Positions 24,010 through 37,693 are shown, numbered from the stretch's first letter. The stretch: DNA of 64,000 nt from Escherichia coli (GCF_041886205.1 NZ_CP169029.1), one strand, 5' to 3'. The notes: a model not told the origin generated them from the letters alone. A program made the numbers and translations.

Positions 24010-26454
24010 ATGATGATTTTGAGTATTCTCGCTACGGTTGTCCTGCTCGGCGCGTTGTTCTATCACCGCGTGAGCTTATTTATCAGCAGTCTGATTTTGC
24101 TCGCCTGGACAGCCGCCCTCGGCGTTGCTGGTCTGTGGTCGGCGTGGGTACTGGTGCCTCTGGCCATTATCCTCGTGCCATTTAACTTTGCGCCTATGCG
24201 TAAGTCGATGATTTCCGCGCCGGTATTTCGCGGTTTCCGTAAGGTGATGCCGCCGATGTCGCGCACTGAGAAAGAAGCGATTAATGCGGGCACCACCTGG
24301 TGGGAGGGCGACTTGTTCCAGGGCAAGCCGGACTGGAAAAAGCTGCATAACTATCCGCAGCCGCGCCTGACCGCCGAAGAGCAAGCGTTTCTCGACGGCC
24401 CGGTAGAAGAAGCCTGCCGGATGGCGAATGATTTCCAGATTACTCATGAGCTGGCGGATCTGCCGCCGGAGTTGTGGGCGTACCTTAAAGAGCATCGCTT
24501 CTTCGCGATGATTATCAAAAAAGAGTACGGCGGACTGGAGTTCTCAGCTTATGCCCAGTCTCGCGTGCTGCAAAAACTCTCCGGCGTGAGCGGGATCCTG
24601 GCGATTACCGTCGGCGTGCCGAACTCATTAGGCCCGGGCGAACTGTTGCAACATTACGGCACTGACGAGCAGAAAGATCACTATCTGCCGCGTCTGGCGC
24701 GTGGTCAGGAGATCCCCTGCTTTGCACTGACCAGCCCGGAAGCGGGTTCCGATGCGGGCGCGATTCCGGACACCGGGATTGTCTGCATGGGCGAATGGCA
24801 GGGCCAGCAGGTGCTGGGGATGCGTCTGACCTGGAACAAACGCTACATTACGCTGGCACCGATTGCGACCGTGCTTGGGCTGGCGTTTAAACTCTCCGAC
24901 CCGGAAAAATTACTCGGCGGTGCAGAAGATTTAGGCATTACCTGTGCGCTGATCCCAACCACCACGCCGGGCGTGGAAATTGGTCGTCGCCACTTCCCGC
25001 TGAACGTACCGTTCCAGAACGGACCGACGCGCGGTAAAGATGTCTTCGTGCCGATCGATTACATCATCGGCGGGCCGAAAATGGCCGGGCAAGGCTGGCG
25101 GATGCTGGTGGAGTGCCTCTCGGTAGGCCGCGGCATCACCCTGCCTTCCAACTCAACCGGCGGCGTGAAATCGGTAGCGCTGGCAACCGGCGCGTATGCT
25201 CACATTCGCCGTCAGTTCAAAATCTCTATTGGTAAGATGGAAGGGATTGAAGAGCCGCTGGCGCGTATTGCCGGTAATGCCTACGTGATGGATGCTGCGG
25301 CATCGCTGATTACCTACGGCATTATGCTCGGCGAAAAACCTGCCGTGCTGTCGGCTATCGTTAAGTATCACTGTACCCACCGCGGGCAGCAGTCGATTAT
25401 TGATGCGATGGATATTACCGGCGGTAAAGGCATTATGCTCGGGCAAAGCAACTTCCTGGCGCGTGCTTACCAGGGCGCACCGATTGCCATCACCGTTGAA
25501 GGGGCTAACATTCTGACCCGCAGCATGATGATCTTCGGACAAGGAGCGATTCGTTGCCATCCGTACGTGCTGGAAGAGATGGAAGCGGCGAAGAACAATG
25601 ACGTCAACGCGTTCGATAAACTGTTGTTCAAACATATCGGTCACGTCGGTAGCAACAAAGTTCGCAGCTTCTGGCTGGGCCTGACGCGCGGTTTAACCAG
25701 CAGCACGCCAACCGGCGATGCCACTAAACGCTACTATCAGCACCTGAACCGCCTGAGCGCCAACCTCGCCCTGCTTTCTGATGTCTCGATGGCTGTGCTG
25801 GGCGGCAGCCTGAAACGTCGCGAGCGCATCTCGGCCCGTCTGGGGGATATTTTAAGCCAGCTCTACCTCGCCTCTGCCGTGCTGAAGCGTTATGACGACG
25901 AAGGCCGTAATGAAGCCGACCTGCCGCTGGTGCACTGGGGCGTACAAGATGCGCTGTATCAGGCTGAACAGGCGATGGATGATTTACTGCAAAACTTCCC
26001 GAACCGCGTGGTTGCCGGGCTGCTGAATGTGGTGATCTTCCCGACCGGACGTCATTATCTGGCACCTTCTGACAAGCTGGATCATAAAGTGGCGAAGATT
26101 TTACAAGTGCCGAACGCCACCCGTTCCCGCATTGGTCGCGGTCAGTACCTGACGCCGAGCGAGCATAATCCGGTTGGCTTGCTGGAAGAGGCGCTGGTGG
26201 ATGTGATTGCCGCCGACCCAATTCATCAGCGGATCTGTAAAGAGCTGGGTAAAAACCTGCCGTTTACCCGTCTGGATGAACTGGCGCACAACGCGCTGGT
26301 GAAGGGGCTGATTGATAAAGATGAAGCCGCTATTCTGGTGAAAGCTGAAGAAAGCCGTCTGCGCAGTATTAACGTTGATGACTTTGATCCGGAAGAGCTG
26401 GCGACGAAGCCGGTAAAGTTGCCGGAGAAAGTGCGGAAAGTTGAAGCCGCGTAA
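24010..26454 (+). CDS. fadE: Acyl-CoA dehydrogenase FadE
   Basis: 814 aa from [22 protein letters not shown]...; continuous reading frame with acyl-CoA dehydrogenase core. Confidence 0.95.
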   Translation: MMILSILATVVLLGALFYHRVSLFISSLILLAWTAALGVAGLWSAWVLVPLAIILVPFNFAPMRKSMISAPVFRGFRKVMPPMSRTEKEAINAGTTWWEGDLFQGKPDWKKLHNYPQPRLTAEEQAFLDGPVEEACRMANDFQITHELADLPPELWAYLKEHRFFAMIIKKEYGGLEFSAYAQSRVLQKLSGVSGILAITVGVPNSLGPGELLQHYGTDEQKDHYLPRLARGQEIPCFALTSPEAGSDAGAIPDTGIVCMGEWQGQQVLGMRLTWNKRYITLAPIATVLGLAFKLSDPEKLLGGAEDLGITCALIPTTTPGVEIGRRHFPLNVPFQNGPTRGKDVFVPIDYIIGGPKMAGQGWRMLVECLSVGRGITLPSNSTGGVKSVALATGAYAHIRRQFKISIGKMEGIEEPLARIAGNAYVMDAAASLITYGIMLGEKPAVLSAIVKYHCTHRGQQSIIDAMDITGGKGIMLGQSNFLARAYQGAPIAITVEGANILTRSMMIFGQGAIRCHPYVLEEMEAAKNNDVNAFDKLLFKHIGHVGSNKVRSFWLGLTRGLTSSTPTGDATKRYYQHLNRLSANLALLSDVSMAVLGGSLKRRERISARLGDILSQLYLASAVLKRYDDEGRNEADLPLVHWGVQDALYQAEQAMDDLLQNFPNRVVAGLLNVVIFPTGRHYLAPSDKLDHKVAKILQVPNATRSRIGRGQYLTPSEHNPVGLLEEALVDVIAADPIHQRICKELGKNLPFTRLDELAHNALVKGLIDKDEAAILVKAEESRLRSINVDDFDPEELATKPVKLPEKVRKVEAA

Positions 26455-26463
26455 ATGAATAAC

Positions 26464-26489
26464 GGAGCCGAAAGGCTCCGTTTCTTTAT
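26464..26489. terminator. Bidirectional rho-independent terminator between convergent fadE and ivy
   Basis: GGAGCCGAAAGGCTCC hairpin followed by a T-rich run (TTTCTTTAT). Confidence 0.6.
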
Positions 26490-26496
26490 CCGCTAA

Positions 26497-26970
26497 TTAT
26501 TTAAAATTAAAGCCATCCGGATGGTTTTCCAGGCTGCCGGTCAACGCCGCGAACAACACCGTTTTACCATCAATCGAAAGCGCATCGTTCACATTCAGCC
26601 AGGTGAGTTTCTCTTGCGACGTTTTCTCATCAATAGTCGAGAACAGCCCCGTCATCTGATTAGATTTCTCGGACCACATCACAGCGATACGTTGCGAGCC
26701 ACAGTCATGCGGTTTGCACGCGCTCATCACCTGATACGTCTCATCTCCCAACGTTACGGTTTGTGCGGGAGTATAAGTACCGCCTTTCATCACCCAGGCA
26801 GGCAGCTTATGCCCTTGTACCATCTGATTAAATGCAGCTTTGGTGGTTTCGCCCTTTGCAAGGCTGCTAATGGTTAAATCATCCTGCGCCATTGCACTGG
26901 TGGCGATGACCAGAGCGGCGACTGTCGTTATTGCCTTAAACATCATTCCTCCCGAGCTTATCCTGCCCAT
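26497..26970 (-). CDS. ivy: Inhibitor of vertebrate lysozyme (periplasmic)
   Basis: 157 aa with signal peptide (...MMFKAITTVAALVIATSAMAQDD...) and the conserved CKPHDCG motif. Confidence 0.85.
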   Translation of the reverse strand: MGRISSGGMMFKAITTVAALVIATSAMAQDDLTISSLAKGETTKAAFNQMVQGHKLPAWVMKGGTYTPAQTVTLGDETYQVMSACKPHDCGSQRIAVMWSEKSNQMTGLFSTIDEKTSQEKLTWLNVNDALSIDGKTVLFAALTGSLENHPDGFNFK

Positions 26971-27123
26971 GTTATTAACCTCCTAAAGCCTGGCGATAAC
27001 ACGATAATTTGCAAATCAGATATTTCCAATATCAGCATTTGTTATCAATTTATTCTGCGCTAAGGCAACTGCCTGATAAGGTGTTAAAGTTATAAAACCC
27101 TTCGCATAAAGGAGTTGTACACC

Positions 27124-27891
27124 GTGCCTGGTTTGAAGATTACGCTTTTGCAGCAACCACTGGTGTGGATGGATGGTCCTGCCAACCTGCGTCATTTTGA
27201 TCGTCAACTGGAAGGTATTACCGGGCGCGATGTGATCGTTCTACCGGAGATGTTTACCAGCGGCTTTGCCATGGAAGCGGCAGCTTCGTCGCTAGCACAA
27301 GATGACGTAGTGAACTGGATGACAGCTAAGGCGCAGCAGTGCAATGCGCTGATTGCAGGCAGTGTTGCATTACAAACGGAGTCTGGTTCGGTTAACCGCT
27401 TTTTGCTGGTTGAGCCGGGCGGCACGGTACATTTTTATGATAAGCGTCATCTGTTCCGCATGGCAGATGAGCATCTACATTATAAAGCGGGCAATGCGCG
27501 AGTGATTGTGGAATGGCGCGGCTGGCGTATTTTGCCGCTGGTGTGCTACGACTTACGTTTTCCTGTGTGGTCGCGCAATCTCAACGATTATGACCTCGCC
27601 CTGTACGTCGCCAACTGGCCTGCTCCGCGCTCTCTGCACTGGCAGGCATTGCTGACGGCCCGCGCGATTGAGAATCAGGCGTATGTGGCGGGATGCAATC
27701 GCGTCGGCAGCGATGGCAACGGCTGCCATTATCGCGGTGACAGCCGGGTGATTAATCCACAAGGCGAGATTATCGCTACTGCCGACGCGCATCAGGCAAC
27801 GCGCATTGATGCCGAGCTGTCGATGGCGGTGTTAAGGGAATATCGCGATAAGTTTCCGGCATGGCGGGATGCGGATGAGTTTAGGTTGTAG
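27124..27891 (+). CDS. yafV: Nitrilase-superfamily omega-amidase YafV
   Basis: Carbon-nitrogen hydrolase catalytic-triad context (...EMFTSGF..., ...KRHLF..., ...LVCYDLRFP...); probable GTG start at 27124. Confidence 0.85.
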   Translation: MPGLKITLLQQPLVWMDGPANLRHFDRQLEGITGRDVIVLPEMFTSGFAMEAAASSLAQDDVVNWMTAKAQQCNALIAGSVALQTESGSVNRFLLVEPGGTVHFYDKRHLFRMADEHLHYKAGNARVIVEWRGWRILPLVCYDLRFPVWSRNLNDYDLALYVANWPAPRSLHWQALLTARAIENQAYVAGCNRVGSDGNGCHYRGDSRVINPQGEIIATADAHQATRIDAELSMAVLREYRDKFPAWRDADEFRL

Positions 27892-28113
27892 TGAGTGGGG
27901 GCTGTATTTAGGGCGGGGAATTCAGAAAGGGATGTTTAGTGTGCTGAGCGAGAGTTAAATAATAAAAAACTGGAAGATTTAATAATCCCCCCGCAGGGCA
28001 AGAGCATGAATTAAATTTGTGTTAAATTTTTCATTTTATCAGTTCGAAACCCAAGCTCTGAGCAGGATGCAAGCACTTCTTCTATATAACATGTGTTTAA
28101 CGCCAGGGCAAGA

Positions 28114-28951
28114 TTACGAAAGCCCGCTCCCCGCAAGGACTGACGCCAGATAGTTTCTGTCCATGGCTGCTTTTCGCATCTTACGTCTTAACCCTGCCTT
28201 GAATACCTTATCATTCGTCAAAATATTAATAGCAATGTGCCGTATCCCTGAAAATAATTCTGCTGCATTTCCTCTTCTTATTTTGCAGTCGTCTTCATTC
28301 ATTACCACGTCCAGACGCCAGTGCAGCTTATTCTCCACGTGCCAGTGATTTCGGATTGCTGTGGCGAACTTTTCAGCGGTTAAATCAGCAGAACTGATAT
28401 AATATCTGACCGTCATTTCTGGCTCTTTCTTTTGTTCTGCTATTATGGACCGAAAGGAGACTGCCACGCATAATTTCTTCAGCCCTTTCCATTCAAACGT
28501 GAAATCAATAAGTTCATCAGGGACATCGCAAACAATATGAAGACGGATTTCTTCTCTGCCGTGACTCTTTTCACTAATTGCGTAACTGTCATGCTCTGGA
28601 TTATTTAATTCTTTCAGCGGAAATCTCTCCTCAAAGGCTTTATTTAGCCGCCCCTGGTTTCCTTTTACCGCGAATAAATAATCACCTCCCTGTTTTTGTA
28701 TCTTCTCTGCAATATCTTTCTGGCAACCCATCGCATCAGTTGTGATGATTTTTCCTTTAATATCCAGCATGTTTAAGAAGTTCTGGGATAGCTGTAATCT
28801 CATTAGATTTCTCATCCGTCCTGATCTGTCCGATGACCAGACTGTGCATTGTTGAGAACGCACTAATGACATGAATCGCTCCCCTGCGGCGACTCTTGTC
28901 ATAAATGTGCCGGAAGTGTTTTCCCATCAATTGCGATGACGTCTTTATCAT
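28114..28951 (-). pseudogene. ISAs1-family (Rhs H-repeat-associated) transposase, 5'-truncated and frameshifted
   Basis: C-terminal ~260 aa of an H-rpt transposase (...[40 protein letters not shown]...[19 protein letters not shown]...); the preceding segment is in another frame; no N-terminus. Confidence 0.75.
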
Positions 28952-29538
28952 CTGAAGAATGGCAGCTCACGCATCCAGTTAATAAAGCACTCAGTGAAAT
29001 TTTCCAGGACTGATACAGGATACAACTCTGGCAATAGTATCGTGAACAGGAATACCATTTTCAAAATCACCATATTGCTTCAAGAAATCGAGACGTGTTT
29101 CCCCGAAATCCTCCATATCTTCCCAACTTTCTGCACCAGAAATAACGGCACAACACAGTCAACAGTAGGATGTCCGGACGATTTATGCTCCACTTTCCAG
29201 GCTCGTACTCTAATGGGGACAGACAGCAAATATGTTCCATCAATTGTTCAAGTTCCAGTTGGTTCTACCTTAATTATGTAAGGAGTATGTTGATCATGTA
29301 TAAGCTATAAAACAGCTTCAGGTAATGAGGAAGTATCTCAATTCTGAATACCTAGAATGCGAAGTATTTAGTACAAAAAAGTGAGCGTCTGACGTGATGC
29401 CTGTGTCCTAGGCGCAGCCCTTCTTTCTTTTCCTCTTCACCCTTGATGTCTTGGCAATCCCTTGGTAAATTCAGTGCCATCTTCTTTATTCCAAGTGTTA
29501 TTTAGGCTGCGTTTCCTCTTCTTATCCGGCTGGCATCT

Positions 29539-30678
29539 TCATTGATTTTCTACATATCTAACACCCAATGAAGACTGTGCTGATTCAACCAGTGCGCTCT
29601 GAGAGCACGTGCAAGTTCTCCACGCATCCATATCCTTTGATGAAATATAATATCTGATGCCCACACCTTCTGCTGATTTATCTTCTTTCTTCTGCCTGAA
29701 TGACAATGCTACACAAGAGCTTTTCAATCTCTTCCATTCTAATTCAAAGTCACAAAAGTTCAGGTCATGATACTGACAATATGCAAACGTGCACCACTTC
29801 TTCCATGCCTTGTCTCCTGGGAATTACGGGCTGCCTTTGTAATCAGAAAACACGTTCACAGGCAATTTTTCCTCGAACGCACGAGGCGATTTCCCTGATT
29901 CGCCTTATTTACTGCCAGAGATGATCTGCTATTTAATCATGTCTATAGCTATCGAAGCGACAGCTTCTAGACAGCCCATAGCAGTCAGTGGTCATCGAAT
30001 TGTTGAACTTAAAATACGAGTTAGGTTAGTAGCAACTCTGGAAGTGGCTGTAATCATCATTACTTTCGGCCTCCGAATGCCACCTGCCCCAGTACAACAC
30101 CTATTTCCGTTCGAGATATGCACTTTCACCATATGCGATTGCTCCTTTTCGTTTTCCCTCAGGAAGTAGTCTTTAACTGCTCTTCCATCTATTGCTGTAA
30201 TTTCACCATCAGTGATTTCATGGCACTCCTGTATCCATTCAATAAACATCTTTTCAAAGGCCAAGACTGTCAATGTTGCTCGCGACGCGTGCAATGCTGT
30301 CATTCGACCGTAATGCCATTGATCAAAATCACCATATTTCTTTAGCCATTCAAGTCTTTCATGTCCAAGATCTGCATTTTCTTTACCCGCATTGGCACCT
30401 GCCAACAACTGCACATACGGTGAGAACAAATAGCAGATACTTTATGTTGATAGACCGTACCTTGTCGTCGTATATCAGGGACTTACTGAAAACCGATCAA
30501 AGCAAACTTTGAGTAACACTCGCCTGCGTCCATTTTTTCTAGCTGTATTCATCAACTCCTGCAACGATATCACCTGTATGGCGTTGAAGCCCAAGATGAA
30601 GGCGTCGTGATCCACGATCGCGAATTTCAAGTATTTCGCCCCGTCCCTTGCGCTCGTGACTTTCTGTATGTATTTCAT
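29539..30678 (-). pseudogene. Second, more divergent H-repeat/ISAs1-like transposase remnant split over three frames
   Basis: Fragments ...LEWLKKYGDFDQWHY...ITAIDGRAVK... and ...VALSFRQKKEDKSAEGVGIRYYISSKDM... resemble the N-terminal and middle parts of H-rpt transposases. Confidence 0.5.
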
Positions 30679-31422
30679 GTTTTACCCAGTTCTGGTGTTG
30701 TCCAATAATGACCATCCACCGATCCAGTCAAAAACTTCATTTTTCAAATTGATACCATAACAATCAACATCGTAATGGTCTCCATAATTAATTATTTAAC
30801 AACTAGCCAACACGTTTTGATCATCAAAATAGCACCCGTTAGCGAAAGTAGCGCAGAACAATCCATAATCTCCAGTTTGCTAATGTTTCGCAATCGCACG
30901 CTATAAAGAATATCACCGAAAAAACTAACGATTTATATCAACCACTCCAGCAGAGCGACCTGAAACTCTTAACCATTATACTTATAAAATGACCATTCCC
31001 TCGACTAGTTCTCTGGTCATTAATTATTGCATAAATAATATTCACCCAGAAACATCTATCTCAACTGCTCGTTGCTGGCCCATGTCCGGTAAATATGATG
31101 TCTGGGAATTTGAATAGGGTATCAAGCCCAAAGGTAAAACAAATAAACCAGGTGGTAATTGAGAAGATGGCCAAGTTTGCCTCTGGTAATTCAAGTGTCT
31201 GAACTCCCTTGCTTTGCTTTCATTGGATTATCTGCATCCCTGGCCACCCCAACCCGTGGAGTCGCCCAGTGGCGTATTTTTCAATACGTGCATCGCTACA
31301 TTTGGCAGAAAAATCGCCACAAGCAATACCTGACAGTGTTATTTTCAGATTGATGATTCTGTCTGTAGCTGGGCGTAACCCTGTCTATCCCTGCAGCTGA
31401 TGATTTTGACCTATCATGTTAG

Positions 31423-34400
31423 CTATTGTCGCATCCAACTGGCCTGGTCAATCGACGCATCAAGTGGCAATGTCTCAATTGCATCGGCGGCCCCATTATG
31501 AGCTCCGCCAACAATAGCATCCATGGCATAACCGGGCTGGTAGGCGCTGTTAGTAATGCGGTCTGCAGCAATCAATCCAGGTACACCAGATACGGCATAA
31601 ATTAGTCCACCTGATGTCCATATTTCGATCGCATCTAGCCCCATTGGGTCTATCAAACTGCACCGGATTTCAGCGGATACTGATACAAATTCCATCCCCC
31701 CTTCAGCCCAATCGGATCCTGAGTGATATACCTCCCCTGCAGCGGGTCATAATAGCGGTGGCGGTTGTAATACAGGCCGGACTCCTCATCATACTGCTGC
31801 CCCGGCAGGCGGATAAGCTGCTGCAGGCTGATGCGGGTTCTCTTCATTCAGCAGGTTGCCCCATTCATCGTATTCTGCGCACCACGCTGTTGCCCCTTCC
31901 GTGCTGATAAGCGCCAGCGGCAGGCCGCGATGGTCGCAGTGGTACAGGTGGATTTTTCGCGCCGGCGTGTACACCGGGTCCATCTGGTTTTGCATCTGCT
32001 CCACCGTCAGGCCGCACGATGCCAGCCAGCGGCGGCTTTCCTCACTCACCCGGTCAGCCAGGATTTCACTTTCCAGCCGGTCGAGCATCTGCACCAGCAC
32101 CGGCGGGAACACCACACTGCCACCGTCTTCGCCGCCGGACTGCTGAAGGGTATCCGCCAGGCTGCGGCGCTGCGTTTTCGCCTGCTCACCGGTGGCGGTT
32201 TCAACCCTGATGAGTGGCGTGAAGCTCCCCGGCTGATAAATCGTCTGGATGCGGGTCCTGTCGTTCTGTATCGTGGTCAGCCGGTCGCCGTCCCAGCCGT
32301 ACCAGGTCACTTGCGGTTTCCGTGACAGCGACATCCAGCCCGTCAGGTCCCGTTCACGCCGCCACACCCGTTTTGCCACCCTGCGGCCCAGCGGGTCGTA
32401 AAGATAGCGACTTTCGACCAGCGGCTCTGCATATTGTGTCCGCGTGTAGTGCACCAGCCGGTGCTGACTGTCGTAATGGTACCGGTGGGTGCGCTCATCA
32501 TCCGTGCGGATAACCCCTTCCGGGATGAGGTCGGTTTTCTCCGTCAGCCTGCCGTGACGGTCATACCGGTAAAGATAGTGCGCGTCACGGGCGATACGGT
32601 TATCCGGCCACATGCTGAGGGTGCTGTCCGGGTGCAGCTCCGGGTCGGGCAGGCGGTTACCTGCCGGGTCTGTGGCATACGGGATGCGGATATCCAGATT
32701 CGCTGCGGTGGTGTGAACGCTGGTCAGCCTGCCGGTGGTGCTGTAGCTGTAACTCCGGGTCTGGCGCGGGCTGCTGATGCGGATGAGTTCGCCGTTGTCG
32801 TTCCAGGTGTAATCGCGGTCATACAGCAGGCTGTTCAGGTGCTGGCTCTGTAACTGCCCGGCAGGGGTGTAAGCGGTGGTGAGTTCATTAACGGCCGAAG
32901 CTGCGCAGCGTTTCCCGGTGCAGGCGGTCGCGGGTGTACTCCACCAGCGGTGTGTCGCCGAGTTTCATGCCTGCCAGGTAACCGCTGCCGTAGGTCAGCC
33001 ATTCCACGGCGGGCAGGCTGTCCGGTATACAGCGGTTCGCCAGCCCCTGCGCGTTGTACGCATGTCTGGTCTCATGCTGCCAGAGCAGTGCTTCCGTCTG
33101 CGGGTGATGCACCGTCTGACGTTCACCGGTCAGGCGGCCTTTATCATCATACCCGTAGTGCACCGTCACCCGGTGCCCTTCGCTGATATGGCTGATGTCT
33201 GTCAGCCAGCCGCGTGTCGTCATACTGCCACCGCTCTGCCGGTTTCACCCTTCACGGTGCGGTGCGTGAGGCGGTCTGCTTCGTCATAGTGCCAGTGGGT
33301 GACCAGCCCCTCATCCTCACTGCTGGATGAGTTTGCCGGTCAGGTCGTGGTGATAACGCTGTGTGCGGCCGTCAAAGCCGGTTTCCTGTATCGAGCCGGT
33401 CAAGCACATCGTAACGGAAGGTGGTGTGGCTGCCGTTTTCACTGGTCAGGCGGATGACCCGTCCGGCAGCATCGTATTCCATACTGCGCGTCAAGCCCGC
33501 CCTGCGTGGTACAGACGGCCTTTCCCGCGCGCATCGTACTGTGTCCCGTTTCTGCTGCCGTCCGGGGCAATAACGGCGGTCAGGTCACCGGCGGCGTTGT
33601 ATTCATACCGCGTTTCATGGCCCTGCGTGTCTTTCACCGAGCAGTTAACTGTCCACGGCTGTCGTATGCGCGGTACTGGCTCATGCCCTTCCTCGCGGTG
33701 CACCGCCGTCATCTGACCGAAACGGTCATGGTCATAGCGGGTCGTGGTAACCGGAACAGTCAGTGAAGGTCAGCAACTGACCGTAACGGCTCCACGTCAT
33801 GGTTTTCCGGTACTGCCCGTCGCATCCGTCCGTTGTCGCAGGGAAGCTCACTGTGCGCGGATTATCATAACGGTAGCGGGTGATATCGCCGTCAGGGGCG
33901 AGTCTCCTGAATCAGACGTCCGTATTCATCATATTCCCGGCGCATTTCCAGCCCGTCCTGGCCCGGTAGCTGACGTTAACTGGTTGTGGTCGTTATAGTG
34001 AAACGCCGATGCCCTGCCATCCGGCGTGGTGATGCGCGTGATGAGCGCCGCGACACCACATCCGGGCTGTACTCTGTCTGTCCGGCCTGCGGCATCCGTC
34101 TGTGCCTTAAGCCTGCCCACCGCATCAAACTCGACTCTGCGTGACGCTGCCGTCCGCGTGTTCCTTTTTCACCACCCGCTTCAGCCCGGCTTCGCCCTGC
34201 GTGTGCAGCACTTCACGGCGGTTCAGGCTGTCGGTGATGGTGATGCGGTCCTTCTCATACTGATAGCGTGTAGCTCCAGAGCCTGCCGGGTTGAGCTGCT
34301 TCGTCACCCGCCCGGTCACTCGTCGTACCGGTAGCGGATTTCCGGCCGGCCCGCGTAACGGTGCGCCACCATCCGGCCCCGGTGTTGCATCATCGTAAGT

Positions 34401-35441
34401 GAAAGCTGCGCACCTGCGTTCCGCTGCGGTCATACACCGCCGCGCAGTTCGCCGCGCTGGCCGTCCAGCGTGTAGCGCGCCAGCGGCGCGGCAGGCTGAA
34501 TTCTCCGGGTATGCCGGGTCGTGCGTCAGCCACACCGCCGACAAGACGGATGCCGTTGTCCGGGCCGTATTCGGTGTACCCGGGCAGTGTGTCGAGGAAA
34601 AGCGGACGGTTCCGAGACCGGCGGGAAGATAAAGAGTGCGCGCTGCTCGGGCTTGTCCTGCCCGCTGCGCCTGCGTGGTCAGCACCAGCCGGAAGTGACG
34701 CCCGGCACCGTCCGTCACGCCGGTGATTTCGCCGCCGAATGTCACCCGCCGGCCTCGCGGTGGAACGTCAGCGTCCGCCCGAAGCGGTCCGCCAGCCCGG
34801 TCAGCACCCGGTACGGCGGCAGCGCGCGCAGGCAGCACCTCGTCCGCTTCCGGCACCCGCTCACGACCAGCCGAGCAGCCACCACGGCCCCTGCAGCGCT
34901 GTTCGTCGCCAGATAACGATGCGGACTTAAGCGGATATCTTCCGGCAGCGCCTGCCAGAGTGCGCCTAGCCGTGTGACCGTTCATCCAGCTCCGCCACGC
35001 CGCCGCGCACCAGCCACAGTGACTCGCTGCGGCTGTAGCCGTCCTCGCCGGGAAACAGCGTGCTCAAAGTGACAGGCTCCTGCCGCCGTTGTCAGCTGAG
35101 TATCAGTGCGTCATCGCGCAGCTGTAAGCGGATATCCGCAGGCGCTTTCAGCCGGGGCCGAGGCTCCCCACCGGCGCGGGCGTTCTGGTCCGGTAGCTGC
35201 TGTAGGTGCGGGAGAGGATGAACGGCAGCGGGCGCGGGCAGGGCGATGTCGGTCTCGCCGGGCAGGCACCTTCGCACCGAGCAGCGGATTGACCGGATGG
35301 CCGGACGTCACCCCGCCGGACACGCCGAACAGGCCACGCCGGTGGGCGCGCCGATGCGCACCCGGCTGCCGAACCCTCGGACAATGCCGCGGCCGCCTTG
35401 CGGGTCATGTCGCCCTGACGCGCCGCCGGTTTTCCGCTCAT
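31423..35441 (-). pseudogene. rhs: rhs (Rhs YD-repeat toxin) element, extensively frameshifted; includes the C-terminal tip after the DPxGL motif
   Basis: Canonical N-terminus MSGKPAARQGDMT at 35441; YD-repeat core fragments in at least 8 different ORFs; core end ...[31 protein letters not shown] at ~31653; the tip ORF (31423..31695) contains IDPMGL. Confidence 0.78.
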
Positions 35442-35569
35442 GAATCAATTCCTCTTTCTGCTTATTAATAATGGCTTGTCTGTTACTGCACCAGTACCGT
35501 TTTAACAGGTGCACCCGACCCTAGTACTGCTCGCATATCCGGCGTATCCGGGGGGTGAATCTTTCGGCA

Positions 35570-37693
35570 TCAGGCGTCATCCGGTGCGGGATCGTCGAGG
35601 CTGCCACAGTTCCAGTTAATCAACTGGCGCAGTCACCGTTCACCTGCTCGACTCACCCTGCCAGAGTGAATGTGCGTGCCGTTGAGAAAGATTGCTGCCG
35701 TCCTTCGTCAGCACCAGCCTTGCCTCACCACAGCAGAGCTCCAGATGCCACAGGCGAGATAAACTCGCGGTCTGCCCGTGTGTCAGTCCTTCATTCGTCT
35801 TCTACCACCGGTGAAAGGCGGCGTGATTCCCCACATTGACGTCTGTAGCCCAGCCCGACCCTGAACCAGTGATCCGAAGCAGCCCTGCCTGTGAGGACTG
35901 CAACAGACGCCACCGAGGTGTGGTCGTAATGCCGCCTACCGTCGTCTGGTACGCCCACCGTCAGCGCACGAACGAGTCGCCACCGTTTCCACTCTGAACA
36001 GAACCCACGTTGATGATCTGGTTACCGCCCACCGTCTCCACACTGGTTCATCCCCCACTCGTCTGTATCTGATTAACGCCAATGTTCTGGATCTGGTTAT
36101 TGGTACCGGCGATCGCCTGGTTGTTGCCAATGGTCTCGGCATGGTTGTTTATCACATCCGTGGTGCGGTTATTCAGCACCTCAGGTGTTCATCTGTCTTC
36201 TGCGCGTGGATGTAGACCTGTTCTTTCCCTGTCGCATCGTCAAACTTCAGTTCATTAAACCCGCTGCCCGTATACGTTTTCGAGCGGATGGTCATCTGCG
36301 TCTTCGTTCCGGCAGGCTGCCGGGTGTGCGGTTTTCCTGGTGGTAGGTACGCCCCATAATGATCGGCTGGTCCGGATCGCCGTTGAGGAAGTCCACAATC
36401 ACCTCCTGACCCACACGCGGTATCGCCAGGTGGCCAAAACCGGTGCCTGCCCACGCCTGTGCCACACGGATCCAGCACGAACTGTCTTGGTCTGCCGGGT
36501 TATAACGGTCCCAGTTGAACTTCACCCGCACGCGACCATGTTCGTCGCAGAAGATTTCCTCGCCTGCCGGTCCTGTCACGACAGCGCTCTGCGGGCCGTC
36601 AACCAGCGGTTTCAGCAACGGCTGTGGTCGCCATGTTCTGTCTGCCGGGATCACCGCAAAATGGTTATCCAGCGCCGTCCCCGCTCCCTGCCGTCCTGGC
36701 ACCGCCTGTGGCTGTTCGCCGTGCAGTTCACTTGCCACCACCTGCCATTCCCGGTTCAGGTTCGCCTGCGGATGCCCCGTCAGCACAATTCGCCGTCCCG
36801 GCCATATCTCCGGCGAGCGGCTTGTTCCCCGCGCGGTTTCTGCGTTGTTGCGCCAGCCGTCCATCTGCCAGCGGGCAAAGTTCTGCCCGTGGGCACTCTC
36901 GAAACGTCCGGGGTAGTCATACACTTCATACTGCGTGCGCTGGTAGTCCTGGTGCTGGCCTTCCTGTTCAAAACGTCCGGCCCAGCCGGGTCGCTTAAAG
37001 GTGTAGTCTTTGTGTTCACCACGGAAGAAGGGCGGATTTGTGCGCTGTAGCGGAACTGGCTGATGCAGAGGGTGCTCACCTCGGTACGGGTGTTCGGATT
37101 CCAGGGATTTCAAAAGATTCGGGCAGATAACGCGACTGTGTCGCACAGCACCAGGCTCTGGTCGGTACTTTTGTAAGCATGCTCCTCATAAAAGAAGATG
37201 CCTTCCTCCGCCGCCATCCGGCACAGGAAATCGTAATCAGTCTCACCGTACTGGACACAAAACTCACGGGAAGGATGCGGCTCGCTGAACAGCGGACTCC
37301 ATTCGGTCACCCCGTTTTCCTGCAACATCGTGCCGAGGATGCTTTCGATGTCCTCGTTCTGGAAGATACGGAAGTTCTGGCGCAGACCGGCACGCCACAG
37401 CGGCGGGTGCACCTTCATGCTGTACAGCATCTGGTTTTTGTCGTTCTCCCCCAGTTCAAACCAGGTCACCACACCTTCACCCGGCGCTGTACGTCATCGC
37501 CCTGCCATACCGTCAGGTAGGCCATTTTGTCCAGCACCTGCGCAAATTCAAGGGAGAGAAACTGCTGGCTGACCAGAGAGAGATCGAGGGAAAAAAGCGA
37601 AGAGAGTGACTGGTTCAGATGAAAGGAAACCACCGCAAACGCATCCGGTGGCAGGCCGTCCACTTCCAGTGTGAAACGTAATCCGGTTGACAT
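35570..37693 (-). pseudogene. vgrG: vgrG (T6SS spike protein), split across at least 5 frames; 3' boundary approximate
   Basis: N-terminus MSTGLRFTLEVDGLPPDAFAVVSFHLNQSLSSLFSLDLSLVS at 37693; gp27/gp5-like fragments continue in ORFs 37110..37472, 36292..37146, 36173..36478, 35936..36142. Confidence 0.75.

Noticed and set aside
31800-37150. Dense overlapping ORFs on both strands in the GC-rich 32-37 kb region (for example 36340..37050 plus strand, 34399..34977 plus strand)
   Set aside because: Plus-strand ORFs here are antisense to rhs/vgrG fragments and have Arg/Pro/Ala-rich low-complexity translations; the minus-strand pieces are better explained as one decayed rhs and one decayed vgrG than as many small genes.
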